Assembly (NCBI GenBank): GCA_964551725.1
Contig: CAZKED010000025.1
Location: 1 to 17,819 of the forward strand
Source: an uncultured archaeon
Lineage (GTDB): Archaea > Iainarchaeota > Iainarchaeia > Iainarchaeales > DTGL01
Direction of reading: 5' to 3'
DNA length: 17,819 nucleotides
Shown: positions 15,621 through 17,819 of the stretch, one piece after another
Layout of the letters: each line of letters starts with the position of its first letter
Numbering within the stretch: the stretch's first letter is position 1
Translations under genes and position numbers: made by a program
The notes under the pieces: generated by a model
What the model was told of the DNA's origin: nothing
Database searches by the model: none
The model's input: the letters and a program-made list of their open reading frames with translations, nothing else

Positions 15621-16880
15621 ATGCGTAAGGAAAAAGAGCACATGAAAATAGTGATAGTGGGACACGTAGACCACGGCAAGTCCACTCTGATTGGGAGGCT
15701 TTTTTATGACACTGACTCGATTCAGGAGGAAAAAATCGCCGAGGTAAGGGAAGCGTGCAAAACGCTGGGCAAAGAAATGGAGTTCGCCTACCTGATGGAC
15801 CATTTGCAGGAAGAAAGGGAGCAGGGCGTTACAATTGACACAACGCAGACGTTCTTCAAGACCGATAAAAGGCACTACGTAATAATTGACGCGCCCGGCC
15901 ATAAGGAATTCATTAAGAACATGATTACCGGCGCGAGCCAGGCGGAAGCAGCCATTCTAATCGTTGACGCGGACGAGGGCGTTCAGGAACAAACAAAAAG
16001 GCACGCGTACATTCTAGGAATGCTCGGCTTGAAGCAGGTTATCGCCGTGCTGAACAAAATGGATTTGCGGGAATTCGACAAGGAAAGATTCGAGGAAGTG
16101 AAAGCCGAGCTTCTCAAATTCCTTTCCTCCATTTCAATTGTTCCCTCGCACGTAATTCCCATTTCCGCGAAACTCGGAGAGAATGTAGCGAAAAAAAGCG
16201 GAAAAATGAAGTGGTATTCCGGTCCGACAATTCTGTCGGCGCTTGATTCTTTTTCTGTGAAGGAAAGCTCTCCAGACAAGCCGCTGCGGTTTCCGGTGCA
16301 GGGCGTTTTCAAGGTTGAAAACAAGCGCATTCTCATGGGCAGGGTTGAATCAGGCACTGTAAGCGAAGGCGACGAAATAACCTTCCTGCCCTCCGGCAAG
16401 ACCGCGAAAGTGAAATCCGTGGAGGAATTCATGGAAGAAAGGCATTCCGCTTCCGCCGGTGAAAGCACCGGTATTACAATAGACCAGCCGTATTTCATCG
16501 AGCGCGGCGAAGTCGCCTTTTCCGGGAGAAAGCCCGCCGTGGCGCAGGAATTTTCCGCGAGCGTGTTCTGGATGTCTCCGCGGGCATTCGCCCTCGGCGA
16601 GCGCCTGGCTTTCAGGTGCGCTACGCAGGAAGCCGGCTGCGAAGTGAAAAAAATTGAAAGAAAAATAAATTCCTCAACGCTTGAAACAATAGGGGAAAAC
16701 GCCTCCGAACTGAAAGAAAACGAGGTCGGCGAGATTGTCCTGCGGACAGACAAGCCCGTGGTGCTGGAAAATTTCTCGGAAATTCCCGAACTCGGCAGGT
16801 TTGTTCTCGTCCGCGGCGAGAACGTCAGCGCGGGCGGGACGGTCAGCGGGCTGGAACGATTGGATTCAAAAAGGCAATGA
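15621..16880 (+). CDS. cysN: Sulfate adenylyltransferase subunit 1 (GTPase), with no fused APS-kinase domain
   Basis: [45 protein letters not shown]; purine-rich RBS before ATG 15621; paired with cysD. Confidence 0.9.
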   Translation: MRKEKEHMKIVIVGHVDHGKSTLIGRLFYDTDSIQEEKIAEVREACKTLGKEMEFAYLMDHLQEEREQGVTIDTTQTFFKTDKRHYVIIDAPGHKEFIKNMITGASQAEAAILIVDADEGVQEQTKRHAYILGMLGLKQVIAVLNKMDLREFDKERFEEVKAELLKFLSSISIVPSHVIPISAKLGENVAKKSGKMKWYSGPTILSALDSFSVKESSPDKPLRFPVQGVFKVENKRILMGRVESGTVSEGDEITFLPSGKTAKVKSVEEFMEERHSASAGESTGITIDQPYFIERGEVAFSGRKPAVAQEFSASVFWMSPRAFALGERLAFRCATQEAGCEVKKIERKINSSTLETIGENASELKENEVGEIVLRTDKPVVLENFSEIPELGRFVLVRGENVSAGGTVSGLERLDSKRQ

Positions 16881-16892
16881 TGAAGTGAAATA

Positions 16893-17372
16893 ATGAGGGC
16901 ATTAGTTGTTTATGATTCGGTTTATGGGAACACTGAAAAGATTGCCAAGGCCATTGGCAATGCAATTCCCTGCGAAACAAAAGTCCTGCATGCGGGCGAA
17001 GCGGACTTTTCTACACTGGGAAAATTTGGCATTCTTATTGTTGGATCTCCAACCCATGCCGGCAGACCAACCAAAGCAATCAAGAGCTTTCTGGGAAAAA
17101 TTCCGACAAACGCGCTTAAAGACACAGACGCAGCTTCATTTGACACAAGGGCATCAAAAGAAGGGCAAGGCGCTTTTATCCGTACAATAATCAATTTTTT
17201 TGGCTATGCTGCGCCGCGCATTGCAAAAGCCCTGCAAGAGAAAGGAGCAAATTCAATTGTTGCACCAGAAGGTTTTATGGTAAAAGGAAAAGAAGGCCCG
17301 CTGGAAGAAGGAGAGCTAGAGCATGCTGCCAGTTGGGCGAAAGCGATTGCTAAGAGTAAAAAGCGAATGTGA
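16893..17372 (+). CDS. Flavodoxin family protein
   Basis: VVYDSVYGNTEKIAKAI FMN-phosphate loop, IVGSPTHAG, ASFDTR, EGPLEEGE. Confidence 0.9.
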   Translation: MRALVVYDSVYGNTEKIAKAIGNAIPCETKVLHAGEADFSTLGKFGILIVGSPTHAGRPTKAIKSFLGKIPTNALKDTDAASFDTRASKEGQGAFIRTIINFFGYAAPRIAKALQEKGANSIVAPEGFMVKGKEGPLEEGELEHAASWAKAIAKSKKRM

Positions 17373-17376
17373 CAAA

Positions 17377-17819
17377 ATGACTTCAGAGATTAAAACCATT
17401 AGCACTCCTTTTATTTTTAGAATCTTTAACATATCCGTGAACTGTTACCTTGTTAAGACGGGCAACCATTGCATCTTAATTGATACGGGACTGCACAATA
17501 AGCGCAACATCATTGAAAAGGAAATTGAAAGAGCAGGCTGCTGGCCTGGAAAGCTTAAGCTCATCATTTTGACGCACGGGGATTTTGACCACACAGGCAA
17601 TGCCGCTTATTTCCGCAAAAAATTCGGTGCAAAAATAGCCATGCACTATAACGATTCAGGAATGGTTGAGAATGGAAACATGTTCTGGAACAGAAAAAAA
17701 GGAAATAACCTCATTAAAATGATTGCCCCTGTTATCTTCGGGTTTGGCAAACAGGAAAGATTTAAGCCAGATTTTACTGTAGACGAAGGATACGATTTCT
17801 CTGAATATGGATTCAATGC
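17377..17819 (+). CDS. MBL-fold metallo-hydrolase, 3' truncated by the window edge (absent from the ORF track)
   Basis: Manual translation from ATG 17377: MTSEIKTI...SVNCYLVKTGNHCILIDTG...IILTHGDFDHTGNA...IAMH, a variant of the HxHxDH motif. Confidence 0.85.
   Translation, partial: MTSEIKTISTPFIFRIFNISVNCYLVKTGNHCILIDTGLHNKRNIIEKEIERAGCWPGKLKLIILTHGDFDHTGNAAYFRKKFGAKIAMHYNDSGMVENGNMFWNRKKGNNLIKMIAPVIFGFGKQERFKPDFTVDEGYDFSEYGFN

Noticed and set aside
15983-16753. 256-aa minus-strand ORF
   Set aside because: Ser-rich antisense shadow of cysN.
15621-16880. EF-1alpha or SelB assignment
   Set aside because: Context with cysD and CysN-type sequence (RLFYDT, LRFPVQ, VFWM) favour CysN.
1-17819. 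CRISPR array, rRNA, tRNA or transposase
   Set aside because: No regularly spaced repeats or such genes seen; the window is almost fully protein-coding.

Overview
Archaeal chromosomal window, inferred from TATA/BRE-type promoters and GGAGG/AGGTG ribosome-binding sites; a DPANN lineage such as Iainarchaeota is a guess. Three blocks. (1) Surface-glycan genes: truncated SAM methyltransferase, GT2 polyprenol-phosphate glycosyltransferase, two NAD-dependent epimerase/dehydratases, DegT/ArnB-type aminotransferase and a flippase-like membrane protein. (2) Two coupled secreted proteins: a 1554-aa multi-module protein with no membrane anchor and a 570-aa Cys-rich, C-terminally anchored partner. (3) A sulfate-activation operon: ribbon-helix-helix regulator, AlkP-superfamily enzyme, cysD and cysN, with an AT-rich free-standing LAGLIDADG endonuclease gene between cysD and cysN, followed by flavodoxin and a truncated MBL-fold hydrolase. 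The most unusual signals are a roughly five-fold excess of D-x-N motifs in the giant protein (possible non-canonical modification sequon), the endonuclease insertion with a TATA box formed by the cysD stop codon, a CysD carrying the APS-reductase-type cysteine motif, and an SDR lacking its catalytic Tyr.
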